NCBI GenBank assembly: GCA_043228905.1
Contig: JBHGNT010000007.1
Location: 19,344,001-19,408,000 of the forward strand
DNA length: 64,000 nucleotides
DNA from: Azolla caroliniana
Lineage: Eukaryota; Plantae; Polypodiophyta
Reading direction: 5' to 3'
Position numbers and translations under genes: made by a program. Below the pieces are notes generated by a model, which worked only from the letters and a program-made list of their open reading frames with translations, did not search any database and was not told the origin of the DNA. Numbering within the stretch: the first letter of the stretch is position 1; each line of letters opens with the position of its first letter. Shown piece after piece: positions 39,189 to 51,969 of the stretch.

Positions 39189-40126
39189 GTTTAGTACATA
39201 CCTGGGAATAGTGATGGAGGAGATTGATTGTTGTGTATGTCAATTGCAGGCCGCTTGATGCCCAACTCTTTCCCGGAAAAAGAAACATGTCAATATCGTT
39301 TGAAAAAAAGAGAGATAATGATAGGTTTCAGGCTTTTATAGTCATCGGTTGGGCGACCTGCATCTTTTATTGAGTTGGTTGGGTGACCAACTCAATATAA
39401 ACCCTAAATCAGTTGGGCAATCTACTTAAACTGGTCCCCCAACCGCTTTAAAAATAAACAGTTGGGTGACCTGCATCTTTTCTTGAGTTGGTTGGGTGAC
39501 CAACTCAATATAAACCCTAAAGCAGTTGGGCAACTTGCTTAAACTGGTCACCCAACCATTTTAAAAACAAATGGTTGGGCGACCTGCATGTTTTATTGAG
39601 TTGGTTGGGCGACCCTTTTGAAAATATATTTCGGTTGGGCAACCTCTGACAGGGTTGGGCGACCCCTGCACAACTTTATTTTTCGCGCCTTCATCCTTAT
39701 CGAAATTCGACGGTGTAGATCGCACGCGCCTTCTTCCTTATCGAAATTCGACGGTGTAGATCGCACGCGCCTTCTTTGAGCAACCTACACCGTCTATGGT
39801 CGTGATTCCCTCACCAACCCTCTTTATGATTTGTGTCATAATAGACACGTCACATACATACATATAATACATAGATGATACAATTGACGCTAATTGTTTG
39901 AAAAAATGGGGGAAGAAAGGGGGGAAGATTACAAATTTACATATGTACATGTGTGTTATGTTTTGGCAAAAAGTTAAAGGGAAAAGGAAGGAAGGGGGCA
40001 GAGAGAGAGAGAGACACACACACACACACACACATACATACAAGCTGCAAAGGAAGGAACGAGAACAGGAGCCATCACCCACTTAGTTAGAAGAGAGATT
40101 CTGCGCTTCGAGGATTCACATCTCCC

Positions 40127-40533
40127 ATGGCCACCACAAACTCTCGATCTAAAGCGCTTTCTCTGTACAGGAAGCTCTTGCGCTCTGCACGAACATGGTC
40201 TGGCCCTCCTGGTGAGAAGAAATACATCCTTGATGAGAGCCGATCTGTTTTCTAAAGAAATCAATTCCTTTCTGATCAAAATGTTGTCGATGTTGTTCTA
40301 TCAGTAAAAAGAAGAGATAGATCTTCCTCTTACTGATTCAACCTTTGGATACTCCTGCATTGCTAGAGACCTAGACTGAAGGAGAAGTAAGATATGAATA
40401 TGCATGGCACTATAAGATTCCATATCCTCGTCTTCACAACTTTGCAACTGAAACAATGGTGGAGAAACCTAGTAGGATAACAGGTCTTGTGTATGAGGTA
40501 CCCGAATATTCATCAGGTATGGCATTTCATTAA
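40127..40533 (+). pseudogene. LYRM1: LYR-motif protein (LYRM1-like), two exons, premature stop
   Basis: Manual translation from ATG 40127 gives MATTNSRSKALSLYRKLLRSARTWSGPPGEKKYILDESRSVF*RNQFLSDQ (TAA at 40253). From about 40375: TEGEVRYEYAWHYKIPYPRLHNF. This matches the LYRM1 hallmarks LYR, EKxYIL and HYKIPYPR. Confidence 0.8.
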
Positions 40534-43500
40534 AACATGAGGGCATACAAAAGCCGTGTTACGTTATAAATGCACTGAGTAGAATATGAAGAATGTGGAC
40601 TGCTACTGATAGAGGACTTAATGGGATATGTATACCTTGTGGTTCTCTAGAGTTAGGATAATTTATTGGAGGTTTATATTTGTAAATTTTTATCTATAAA
40701 CCAAGCTACACTATATATTTGATCATGTCAAATAATACCTCATTCGTATGATGAGAGAGAGAGAGAAGAAGAAGAAGACTTGACTGATTGAGACGAGGCA
40801 GTAGAAAGAAGAAGAATGGAAGAAGCAGGACAGAGATGAAGCCCCCATCGCTGGGAGGGATGCAAGATTCTTCTTCTTCTGCCACCACGTTGTTTCCACA
40901 ATCCCTCCTTCTGTTGCACCTTGTTCTTCTTCTGCCTAAGCATCTACTATGGCTATGGAGCTCGACCTTGATAACGACGACGCCACCAACTTCTTCTCTT
41001 ATTCCATCCCTAGATTCTCGACCCCTCGACTCCGATTTCTTCAACTCCTTCGACGATGACTTCGACAACCCTACCATCACTTAGCTTCTTTGGAATGTCA
41101 CATAACAAAGATTATCAACAAAGGTAACATTGTGAACTTGAACTTAATGTTGAAGCTTAATGGATGTCCAATCAATTCCAAATGCTACTTAATGTTACTC
41201 TAATTCCAAAATATTCACTATTGTTTTTCGAAAGAAGTGTTTATCTTAGGGTTGAGAAATTTGTTCAACATGATGTCTGTTCTAAGATCTATATGTCTGT
41301 GAGATTGATGGACATTGTGTAAACTTAAAATTGAAAGAATGTTACTATATGAGATTTTTAGACAAGAACTTAGTAAGTCAATACCATACAATGATGTGAT
41401 CATAATTGACCATATCAATGTGGACCCATTAATCTCTAGTTATGTTTAACATAATTTGTATTAGAGAGAGAGACAGAGAGACAGAGAGATGGGTTTTTGT
41501 TGAGCCTCTTTTAGGGTTCTGTCTCCCATTATTGAGAAAGAGGCACAATCGGAGCCCGAGGACGAAGGAGGGATTTGGTATAGCCAAGTTTTTAACCATG
41601 TTCATATGTGTGCATGTGTGTATGTGTATTTGCATATGCATGGTTGTGTTTGTATATGTGTGTTTGTATGCATGTATGAACACATGCACACATGCATTTG
41701 CAACATTCCAAAAAGCTAAAAAAATATTATTATTATTATTAAAGCTTTAAAATTTACAAAAGATTTAGCTTGTTTTTCACGTATTCTATGCATTTTACCT
41801 GTAGATACGTATTCTAAGTACTTAGAAAAAGGGGTAGAATACTTTAGAATACTTAACACAAGTATTCTATGCATATTGTATGCTAAGTATTCTACAACAA
41901 TTAGTATACCTTTTGGTTGATCTCCTCACAACTAATTGAAGGTTGTAATCTGTTCAGTAGGAACACTCTAGTTTGATGGGAAGAGGCTCTCTTGGTGCGA
42001 TATAGGTCACCCATGTGGTGAAATTATAAGGAAGAAAGAAAGATGAAGTAACATATTTTAAAGAACGGAATGGTGTATGAGATCTAAAAGGTATCATATT
42101 TGAAAAATGTTTGTCTCATCCATGAGTTAAAACCTCCTAGAGAACGAAATTGGTGAAAATCAATGATAAATTATTCCTTAGGAATATGCACAATTCTAAG
42201 ACAAATTCAAGAGAAGTGCATACCAATCTTGTCTTTAACCTAGTCCATTTCTCTTTTGGCCAAGTGCGTTGATTGCTTGTAAATTTAGATGTTGCGTTAA
42301 TTTTACTTTTTGGTTTCAAATCTCTTAGCGAGATGAATTAATTGTGCTATTTCTTTTTTTCAGGTTCTCCTAATGAATTGTATACCACAACGGGATCCTA
42401 AGTTGTTGCTTTCTCATGTTATTAAGTTTTGTACTAATGTTGGTATTTCAATTTCCATGTTTCAATGGAATCTCAATTTACAGCTTGTTTGGTCTATTCA
42501 ATGTTTACACTAAATCTTTTATCATTAGGAGTTCCATTTCATCATGCATTATTTGCACCTGGCCTTTCATCGTATAGTAATTTGACTATTGACTCGAACT
42601 CTCCCAAAACCAACGATAAAGGGGACTTGTCATCGCAACTTGCAATACAAAAAAGTATGGGAAAATCTTATCCAAGCACCAATAGAAGGTAGATTTGGAG
42701 TAAGAAATGCAAATGTATTGTATATGAACACACTTGTTTAAGAAGTGTCAGCTCTGCTACATCAACAGGAAATCCTGTTATAACCCAGCAGACATTACGT
42801 CCTAAAGACATCCTTTCTAGGCATGAGGCATTAACGAAAGCAAATGATCTCTTTGGTGGACTATCAAGTAGTGTGTTGCCTTCATTGCCAATTGTCCTCG
42901 ACCTTCTCCGTCAATATGCTTCAGAACATCTGGGACTTCAACTACAGGTTTTCTCTAATTTCCTTTAGTGTAGTTAAGCCCGTTGGCTTAGTGTTCAATT
43001 TATTATCTGAGAAATTGTTTTACCTAGAATTTGACTTATTTTTCATGAAATTAGGTGGAAGATGTGATTTGGAAATGCCATCAATGGTATATATAAGAAA
43101 TTTTATGATACCAACCAATGGATTACTCTAGAAGATCTAGGATCATAGATGAATAGGTGTCTAAAGTGGACACCCTTCATTATGAGATTAATAGCGGAAA
43201 TCCTCAAAGTAGAGGAGTATATCATCAATGGCCGAAGTGTTGGCAGAATATGTATGGAAATTGGTGATGGATGTAGAATTCTGGATCATAGAGAAAACGA
43301 AACTAGGAACTTGCCGAATTGGTCTCACCATGAGTATATATTGAGTATGAGGAAATCTATTGTCAATTATATACTTCAGGTTTCTGCATTACCTATTTAA
43401 TTATCTTAAAAGCACTTGCATTATACAATAAATTGTTAACGCAATGTCAAGACTTGATTCTAAAAAGTAATTTCCTACCCACAATGGGATAAGTTAGAGC

Positions 43501-45035
43501 AAGATAGACTTGGACTTACAAATATAGAAGAGGTCCTTCAAGTAATGACACCATATTTTGCAAGATCCCACATGATCCAGATTTTAATACCAAAGTGGTG
43601 AGTTGTCGTCTTGAGTGCACATGGGGCAATGTCAAGATCATTGAACATATTACATCCATTAACTTTAGAGGTTGCATATGCATAATACATGGATACATAC
43701 ACACTTGCCATAGATATAAGATATATAACACATACAATACAATACATACGTAAATAAACATGGAATACAATATAATACATACATGCAATACAATATATAC
43801 ATATGAACATATGCAATACAACACAATATGTACATATAAACACATGTATAAAACTTGAATGTGTCTTTTATGTAAGGGCATTTAAAATGAGTTGTTGTCA
43901 AAATATATATTACACTAAGGGGTATTTTTATTAACCAATTTTTCATAAAGGGGTATTTAAAATAGTCAAAAACATACGTATAAGGGATTTATAAAAGATG
44001 TCGTGAACGCATGTGATATAGCCTCTTTATATATAGTGGAGCCCCTGGGAGGGCTTCTACTCAGTGACACTTCATTGGGCATGTCATGAGACAGCAAGGT
44101 CAAGGTCAATGTTATTGGATTTTGTGCATGTATTTCCAGGTGTTGGATCAGGGAAGCGTTGTGCACATGCCCTCTTTGCTCGACTTCGATGCTTTGATAT
44201 TTCTAGTTGCCTCTTAGCTACAATTTTTTATGGGGCGAGTGATGCACAAGTAGCTGCAAAGGAGTTGAGCATGTTGTTACAATATGAGCATGGTAAGAAA
44301 ATTTTGGCTCCATCACATATGTTAAGATGTATGGTACACACTTTTCAGTTGGTATCAAGGTAGCATTAGAGGTTATCTCACCCTCAACAGAAAAGTTGAG
44401 AACAGTGCTCCATACTATTAAATCTAGCAAGGTTCGAAGGGAAGTGTTTAGGAAGTATGTTAGGATGGTTGAACATCATGAAAGGGAACCCCCAAGGCTT
44501 GATGTTGTTACAAGATGGAATTCTACTTTGGAAATGTTTAGGCAAGGTATCAAGGATAGAGATGTATTGAATTTTACAATTTCAAATTTAACAATATCAA
44601 GTGATTTCAATGGTTATGTCTTGACCGGAGAAGACTGGAGTCACATACATGCCATGGAGGAATGGCTAGATACACCGACCGAGGTTTCTAGTTTTCTAGG
44701 AGGGTCAAGATATCCCACATTATCATTAGTATCGCTAGCATATAATTGTTTACTAAATCATTGCAATCAATTTTTAGATTCTTCACTTCCAAGATCATCT
44801 AGATTCACACAAGGGGTGCTTCAAAGAGCGTGTGAGAACTGCTTACAATTTTTAATTAAGTATCCAGAATCGTTAAAGTCTATTCCATCTCGCATAGCAA
44901 TGTTTCTTGATCCCAGGTAATGCTTACCTTTATGTCGTACAATTGTCATCGCGATTTCTGATGTTTTATTTGAGTTTAAAACCGTTTTATTTGTTTTATA
45001 GATTGCCTCTTCCAAATAAACATACAGAAAGAGAG

Positions 45036-48000
45036 TGTTGAGCGGCAAGCTCAACCAGATCCAGATCGGCTGAAAAAGCCTGAGTCGGATTGGCAATTGA
45101 ACCGGTGCGCAATTGAACCGGTGCGCCGGAGAGCCGGTTCGCTGGATCAAACAGTGACCGGAAGCCTAGTAGTAGCCTAGACTACTAGATAGTTAATAGT
45201 CTCGTAGTTAGTGTCAGACGCTCGAGTGAGCATTGAAGTACACCGTACTTCTGTCAGTCCTCTTAGGACTTGTATAAGTAGTGTTGTTGAGCACGTTTTA
45301 TGTACAGAGAACTATTATTGTTTTATATAGGTTTATGTTATTCTACTCTTTCTCTGTCTCTCCCGCGTATTGTCAAGCTCTCCATTAAACCTGTGTTTCT
45401 GTGTTCAATTTTCTATTGCTTCCGTGCGCTATTCGTTTTTACATGGTATCAGAGTGCGAGGGTTGAGAACCTCTGCAGCCGACCTTAGCTCAAGAAGAAA
45501 ACCTAACCTTCGTAAAGAACAGGAAAAACAAAATGGACAAAGGAATGGCTAGCTCACTCCTAGTGGAGAAGCTCGACAGATCCAACTACACATCTTGGTC
45601 TTACAAGATGCACCAGTACCTACTTGGGCATGGTTACTAGAGATATGTCGACAAAGCTAACGACACAACACTTGATGCGGCACACAAGAACTTCCCAGTG
45701 TGGGAACAAGCGGCAAGCTGAGTGATGTATTGCTTTGTGTCCAGTGTCGGAGACCAGCTGTTGAGCCATGTCCGAGATGCCAACATGCCAAAAGAAGCTT
45801 GGAGAAACCTGAAGAAGGTTTTCGCGGCAAGCACTATGACCTGGAAGGTGCAACTCCGACAGGAGTTAGCAATATTCGACAGAAGGACATGTCGGTAGCC
45901 GATTACACGGCCTAAATCAAAGAGATTTGTGACTCACTTGCCTCTATCAACATCACTGTGGAGGAAGATGAGATGGTGGAGATCTGTCTTGGGGGCCTAG
46001 CGTCTAAGTTCCGAGCGTTCCGATCGGCGATATGTACAAGGGAGAATACGCCATCATTTTTTGAGTTACAGTCGATGCTCCTTGTATAGGAGAACCACGC
46101 ATGTGCGTCAACAAGTGCACCCACTGACATCCGGATGTTGTACACGGAGGCGGATCGGCCCCCTAGGCGTGGTGGACGAGGCGGGTCGGCTCACAATGGT
46201 AGCGGCCGTCAAGAGCAGGACCGAAGGCACAAAGAACGTGCCGACAACAGTTCCGGACCCTCCACAAGCAGGGGGAGTCAAGGCGGCGCCTCAAACCGGG
46301 TAACGATAAGTTACGCCGGTCTTCCCGCTAGAAGAACCCGGTGAAACGGTACAAGTACAATGAGTACATGGCGCATCACTCTGCGTACATGACCTGTTGG
46401 GAAACAGGTCCCTCCGGATGGGAAGGAAGAAGAACACTGCCGATGAACAAACTCGGCCGAGGCCGATAGGCTGAGGCCGAAACCGTATGAGGAGGACCCG
46501 ACTACGGAGAGCCGGATGGTGCAGACCCGGTATGAACCGGATGAGGAGTACCCGGGTACGGAGAGCCGGATGGTGCAGGCCCGGTATGAGCCGGATGAGG
46601 AGTACCCGGCTACGGAGAGCCGGATGGTACAGACCCGGTGAGAACCGGATGAAGAGACATATTCGTAAATATGTTTCTGAGAGCCCATCGAGGCCACATT
46701 TGTAAATAGCCGAAAAGTCATATTAGTATAAATATGACTTAGGGCAAACTTTTAGTAACTGTTGTTGTTGTCATTTTTCTTTGTTGGTGCAAGAAGAAGA
46801 GAGAGCACGTAATAGTGTACAGAGAGAGAGAGAAAGAGGTTGTTGCCTCTGTTGTAACCGCCGCGTGTGGCGAAGATCTGTGAGCACGAGGTCGTTGCCT
46901 CAGTGAACTCACTGTTGTACATTCTCACATAGTGACAATTTGCAGCCTGTGGGCTGTCGTGGTTTTTCCCCTAGTTTGGGGTTTTCCACGTAAACCTCCT
47001 GTGTACTATTATTTTTCCTCTCCACTGTGTCGTGCATTTGTTTCCCGTTTTATGTGTATGTAAAGAAGCTCGGTTGTGGCCGAGTGTTGGACACAAGGAG
47101 CCTTGAGTTCCCGTCATGACCAAGGTGGCGGAAGTGCGTGAGCCGGAGAGCTATGCAGAAGTGGCAAGGGACGCAAATTGGCGTGCCTCTATGGAGGAAG
47201 AAATGTGGGCACTTGATGCCAACGACACATGGGACCTAGTTGACCCTCCTTGACATTGTAAACCAATCGGATGTAAATGGGTGTACAAGGTAAAGTACAA
47301 TGCCAATGGTTCGGTTAACTGGTACAAGGCCCGGTTAGTGGCGAAGGGATACGCGTAGACCCACGGAATCGACTACGATGAGACCTTCGCTCCGGTAGGA
47401 AAGATGACGACGATTCGTGTGGTGTTGGCGGTTGTTGCGGCAAGGGGGTGGCATCTTCACCAGATGGACATGAAGAATGCATTTCTTCAAGGCGATCTTG
47501 AAGAAGAGGTCTTTCTGACCCAACCCCCTAGTTTCCAGTCGAAGATGAACAAGTCGGTTGTATGCCGACTGAAGAAGTCACTTGATGGCCTGAAGCAACC
47601 CCCCGAGCTTGGAATGCGAAGATCATGCACCGGTTGCGTAAGATGGGGTTTGCGGCCTCCAAGTTCGACTCTTCATTGTCCATCCAACAAGGTCTAGATG
47701 GTTCGGTTTGCATCTTGCTATATGTTGATGACCTAGTCATCACCGGACATGGACTCGATGAAATCGGCCGAGTCAAGTCCCAGTTGTCGAAGGCATTTGA
47801 GATGAAGGACCAGGGGGACCTTCACTATTTCCTTGGGATCGAGGTGATCCGAACCCCCGACGGCATATTGCTCTCACAGAGACACTATGTATTGAATATG
47901 TTGTACAAGTTTGGCATGATGGAATGCCGACCTATCTCTACACCCCTGGACCGGAACCAAAAGCTCTATCCTGACTCCGAACCGGCCTACGATGAGAAAC

Positions 48001-49867
48001 GGTTCCGACAAATCGTCGGAAGCCTTATATATTTGACAATCACCCGAACCGACATCAGTTATCCGATCGGCGTGATCAGCCAATATATGCAAAAGCCGAC
48101 CGTGGAGCACCTTCTTTGTGCGCATCGAATTTTGTGATATGTGAGCGGCACGAAGGAACGGGGATTGTTATACCGGCATGGTATAACCAAAGAGCTAGTC
48201 GGCTATACCAATGCCGATTGGGTCGACGATGCAACGGATCGCCGATCCACCTCCGGCTATATGTTTTCCCTTGGTAGCACGGCTGTTGCATGGAGCCGCA
48301 AAAAGCAGCCAACAGTGGCCCTTTCGAGCACTGAGGTTGAATATCGGGGCACTACCGTTGCCACCTGTGAAGCCATTTGGGTTCGGCGATTGCTGCAAGA
48401 CTTGCGGATCGAGGTGCCGACACCGATCCTAATCTACTGTGACAACATAAGCAACATGCAGCTCGCCAAGAACCCGGTATTCCATGCTCGCACAAAGCAC
48501 ATAGAAGTGCACTACCACTTTGTGCGTGAGCGTGTCCTGAGCGGTGAAGTTGAACTTCGATATGTTCATACGGATCGGCAAGTTGCTGACATCTTCACCA
48601 AACCACTCGGATCGGACAAGTTGTAGCACTTCACCGAAATGCTTGGTGTTCAGCATCTCGACCTGCCACACTTGAGGGGGAGAATGGGCAAAGACACCGG
48701 AATGGGCAAAGGCAAAGAAACTGCCCATTGTGTCGGTGAGGGAAGAACCGACAAAGGGATAGACAAGAAGAAGAAAGGGGCCGAATCGACAAAGGAAGTT
48801 GACACACTCGACGTGCCACACTTGAGGCAGAGAACAGGCAAAGACACCGGAACGGGCAAAGGCAAAGAAATTGCCCATTGCGCCGGTGAGGGAAGAACTG
48901 ACAAAGGGATAGACAAGAAGAAGAAAGGAGCCAAGTCGACAAAGGAAGTTGACACATCCGAACAAGTCGGAACAAGCAGCGGCGGCAACAGAGTCAAGAA
49001 GGACAGAGCCGACCGGAAGAAGAAGGCCAAGACCCGAACATGGTCCATTGTGGTGAAGGGCCCGGAACCGGAAAACGAATCGGGAGCAACCGGTTCGGAC
49101 AAGAGCTGGAACAAATTGGAGACAACCGATTCGGTTCAACAGACGGATTCGGAAGAACCAGATCATTTCAAGGCCAAGAGGACGAGAAGGCAGCGAAAGT
49201 CGACGCCAACATGAAGGAATTGGCGAATCGGCAAGCGCCGAAGTCACAACAGTGAGGGAGCTGAATTGGGCTTGTTGAGCAAACAGGCCGACCGAGGAGG
49301 TCGGGGTGCGCAGAATCAGAAGGGTAACGACAAATGGGACCAGACCGAACTAGGAGCGCGATCGAGGCGGAGTGACACCCGAAGGAGCCGGGTGGAAGGA
49401 CCTCAAGTTGAGCTTGTGGGGGAGTTTTGAGCGGCAAGCTCAACCAGATCCAGATCGGTTGAATAAGCCTGAGCCAGATCGGCATCCGGAAGGATGAAGT
49501 AGGATCGGTGAGATGGATCGGCAAGCCGATGAGCAACTAAGCCGGTGAGCCGGTGAGCCGGTGAGCTGGATCAAACTGTGACCGGAAGCCTAGTAGTAGC
49601 CTAGACTACTAAAGAGTTAATAGTTTCGTAGTTAGTGTCAGACGCTCGAGTGAGCATTGAAGTACATTGTACTTATGTCAGTCCTCTTAGGACTTCTATA
49701 AGTAGTGCTGTTGAGCACGTTATATGTACAGAGGACTATTCTTGTTTTATATAGGTTTATGTTGTTCTACTCTTTCTCTGTCTCTCCCGCGTACTATCAA
49801 GCTCTCCATTAAACCTACATTTTTGTGTTCGGTTTTCTATTGCTTCCGTGCGTTATTCATTTTTACA
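45036..49867 (+). mobile_element. Copia-3: internally deleted Ty1/Copia related to Copia-1
   Basis: LTRs 45036-45443 and 49425-49867. TSD GAGAG. PBS tggtatcagagt. gag, RT and RH remnants present, PR and INT deleted at about 46300. 150-bp duplication at 48657-48956. Confidence 0.95.
46395..47116 (+). mobile_element. Solo LTR (722 bp) with 54-bp tandem repeats
   Basis: TGTTGGGA..TCCCGTCA termini. TSD TGACC at 46390-46394 and 47117-47121. Repeats start at 46487, 46541 and 46595. TATA at about 46727. Confidence 0.9.
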
Positions 49868-50803
49868 GAGAGTTAGATATTAAGTTGGTTGAACACATGA
49901 TTGAGTCCCATTATCACTCGTTCACGAGTGATGTTGAACCACCTTTGGCTTCAACCACAATATATGAAAATGATAAGAACTCTAAAATTTGGAGGTTAAT
50001 GGGTGTAAATAAAAGTCTTGTTTCTGATTCACGGTCAAAAATTGAGCATTTTATAAGACTTCCTTCGGCTGGCACGGACAAGGATCCTTTACAATGGTGG
50101 AATGATAATAAATCTGCAATGCCTTCACTATATAGGATGGCATGTGATTACCTCATTATACCAGCATCATCAGTACCCGCTGAAGAGGCTAATTCAGCAG
50201 CAAAAATGACCTTTGATAACAAGATCAAACTACATTCATGCACTTTCAAAGTTGAAATGTGCATTCGATCATGGATGGATGTTTTAAAAGAATGTGATGT
50301 TTAGTTGACAGATAATTTTCACACCACTTATGAAGAAGTAACAATGAATTTGGATGATCTTGTTGCTGAAGACGAGGTAATAGATTACATATTACATGAT
50401 AGTCAAAGGAAAATTAAGGTGTGCATACTTGTTACTTGGTTGTTTTTTATTTGAGTCTTTACTTAAAATATTTTTATTAATAATTACTTGTTTTTATGTA
50501 TTTTATATGTATAGGAATCATGTTGATTTTTGACAAGTTAATGACAATAGTGGTTGCAATTGGAGATCCTCAAAGTCATTGTAATTTTTATTACATAGTG
50601 TTTACTATTTTGTTTTTTATTCGATTCTTTAAATTTGTTGTTATGAATTACTTAATTCTTTTGGGTATTTTATACTTTCAGGAATCCCTTATTCAAACAT
50701 TGGAAACAAAAAGCTGGATTAAGTTTATAGATATGGTCCTATGGATTTGTAACTCTATTATATGGATTGTTTTTCTAAGTTTACATATATGGATTGTTAC
50801 ATA

Positions 50804-50914
50804 CATAGATTGATCCATGCGTAATATTCGTGGTATTCTACATCCGCAATATTCGCTATATTTGAGAATATAAAACGGCCCCAAGAATATTATAAAACCA
50901 TTCGTTTAGATGTA

Positions 50915-50947
<33 letters not shown>

Positions 50948-51554
50948 GATATATACATATATGTGTATACACACATATCACTCATATATGTATATACACA
51001 AATACATCAATAATTAATTAACTCACTAATATAATAATTAATTAGTTCACTAATACATTAATTAATTTACTAATACATATCTTAATTTATTCAAAAATAT
51101 TAGTTATTAAGTTAATTATTTAATAATAAATTAATTAGGGCTTCTACTAAACTTAGGGTTTCAGTGAGAGCGTGAGTTGAGGACGTAGGGTTTCAGTGAG
51201 AACAGGATGTAGGATTAGAATAGAGCATGAGAGGGAGTTGAGGACGCGGGCTCAAAAGAAAGTACTACTGTCTAAATTAGGTTTACGACAGAAATTAGGG
51301 TTTTCAGCCGAAACCCTAATTTTCTGGCCGAGAACAAGATGCAGAGGGAAGCGAGGGCGGACAGGGAGTAGGGTGAGGCTTCCTTGCTCTCTGCTCGTTG
51401 TTCGTTCACTCGCTCAGATGAAGAAAAACTGTTTTTTATTTTTTATTTAAAAAATTCAAAGAAAAAAGAAAACGAATATATTTATATGTATTCGTATTCC
51501 TATTCGTATGGATTCGTGGGGTAGGCCCCACGAATGCGAATATTTCAATCTATG
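50804..51554. mobile_element. hAT-type MITE (751 bp)
   Basis: TIR CATAGATTGA/TCAATCTATG. Exact 8-bp TSD GTTACATA at 50796-50803 and 51555-51562. Subterminal tattcg repeats. Confidence 0.9.
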
Positions 51555-51969
51555 GTTACATATATAGATTTGAAGTTTGAACTCTATTGTGTAGATTTTT
51601 GTTATTAATCCAAAAAACATTTATATTTTTATGTTATATCTTATCATTTTTCACAAATTTGCAATTTTTAGAAAATGTGTTGTAAATTTCTGTTATTTTA
51701 TAGTGTTCTAGTCTTTGCTTTGGTTCAATTTATAGTTTCGTGTTGGTTGGATTATGTCAAAAACAATTTGGTTTGGTTTGGTTCTAAATTTTACGTAAAC
51801 GGTTTGGTTTCTCCTACCTATTAAATGGTTTGGTTTAAATGGCTTCAAAATTTTTAAATGGTTTGGTTTGGTTTCAAGGTCAAGAAAACAAACCGAACCG
51901 CGCCCATTACTAGTTCTAGTCATTGAACCTCTCAACACATCGTATGTGTTACAGAGGGGAACGGGTAGA

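Larger units (their letters stand above)
23264..39852 (-). mobile_element. MULE-2: related Mutator-like element, internally deleted, with ULP1 remnant
   Basis: TIRs of about 130 bp (tctcgtgtctattttgcatcaaatcataaagaggg vs reverse complement of 39680-39852). Exact 9-bp TSD CATACATAC at 23255-23263 and 39853-39861. Subterminal GGTYGCCCAACC arrays at 23410-23545 and, inverted, at 39345-39665. Confidence 0.9.
44040..50420 (+). pseudogene. hAT transposase (catalytic and dimerization domains), split by Copia-3
   Basis: RCMVHTFQL, LDVVTRWNST, YPTLS, AMFLDPR and DPLQWW..LIIPASSVPAEEANS. Intron at about 44918-45001. Possible BED-finger remnant at about 42650-42800. Confidence 0.9.
42640..51912 (+). 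mobile_element. Decayed hAT-superfamily transposon (left end not found)
   Basis: Contains a hAT transposase. The right end has GGTTT/AAACCG subterminal repeats and ends ..gcccattacta at 51912. Confidence 0.7.

Noticed and set aside
40706-41084. Overlapping 98-124 aa ORFs next to GA/GAA repeats
   Set aside because: No recognisable motif. Could be UTR or a gene fragment, but cannot be supported.
41780-41990. Candidate left end of the hAT element (gtattcta repeats; ctagtttgatggg)
   Set aside because: No convincing match to the right TIR and no GTTCTAGT TSD.
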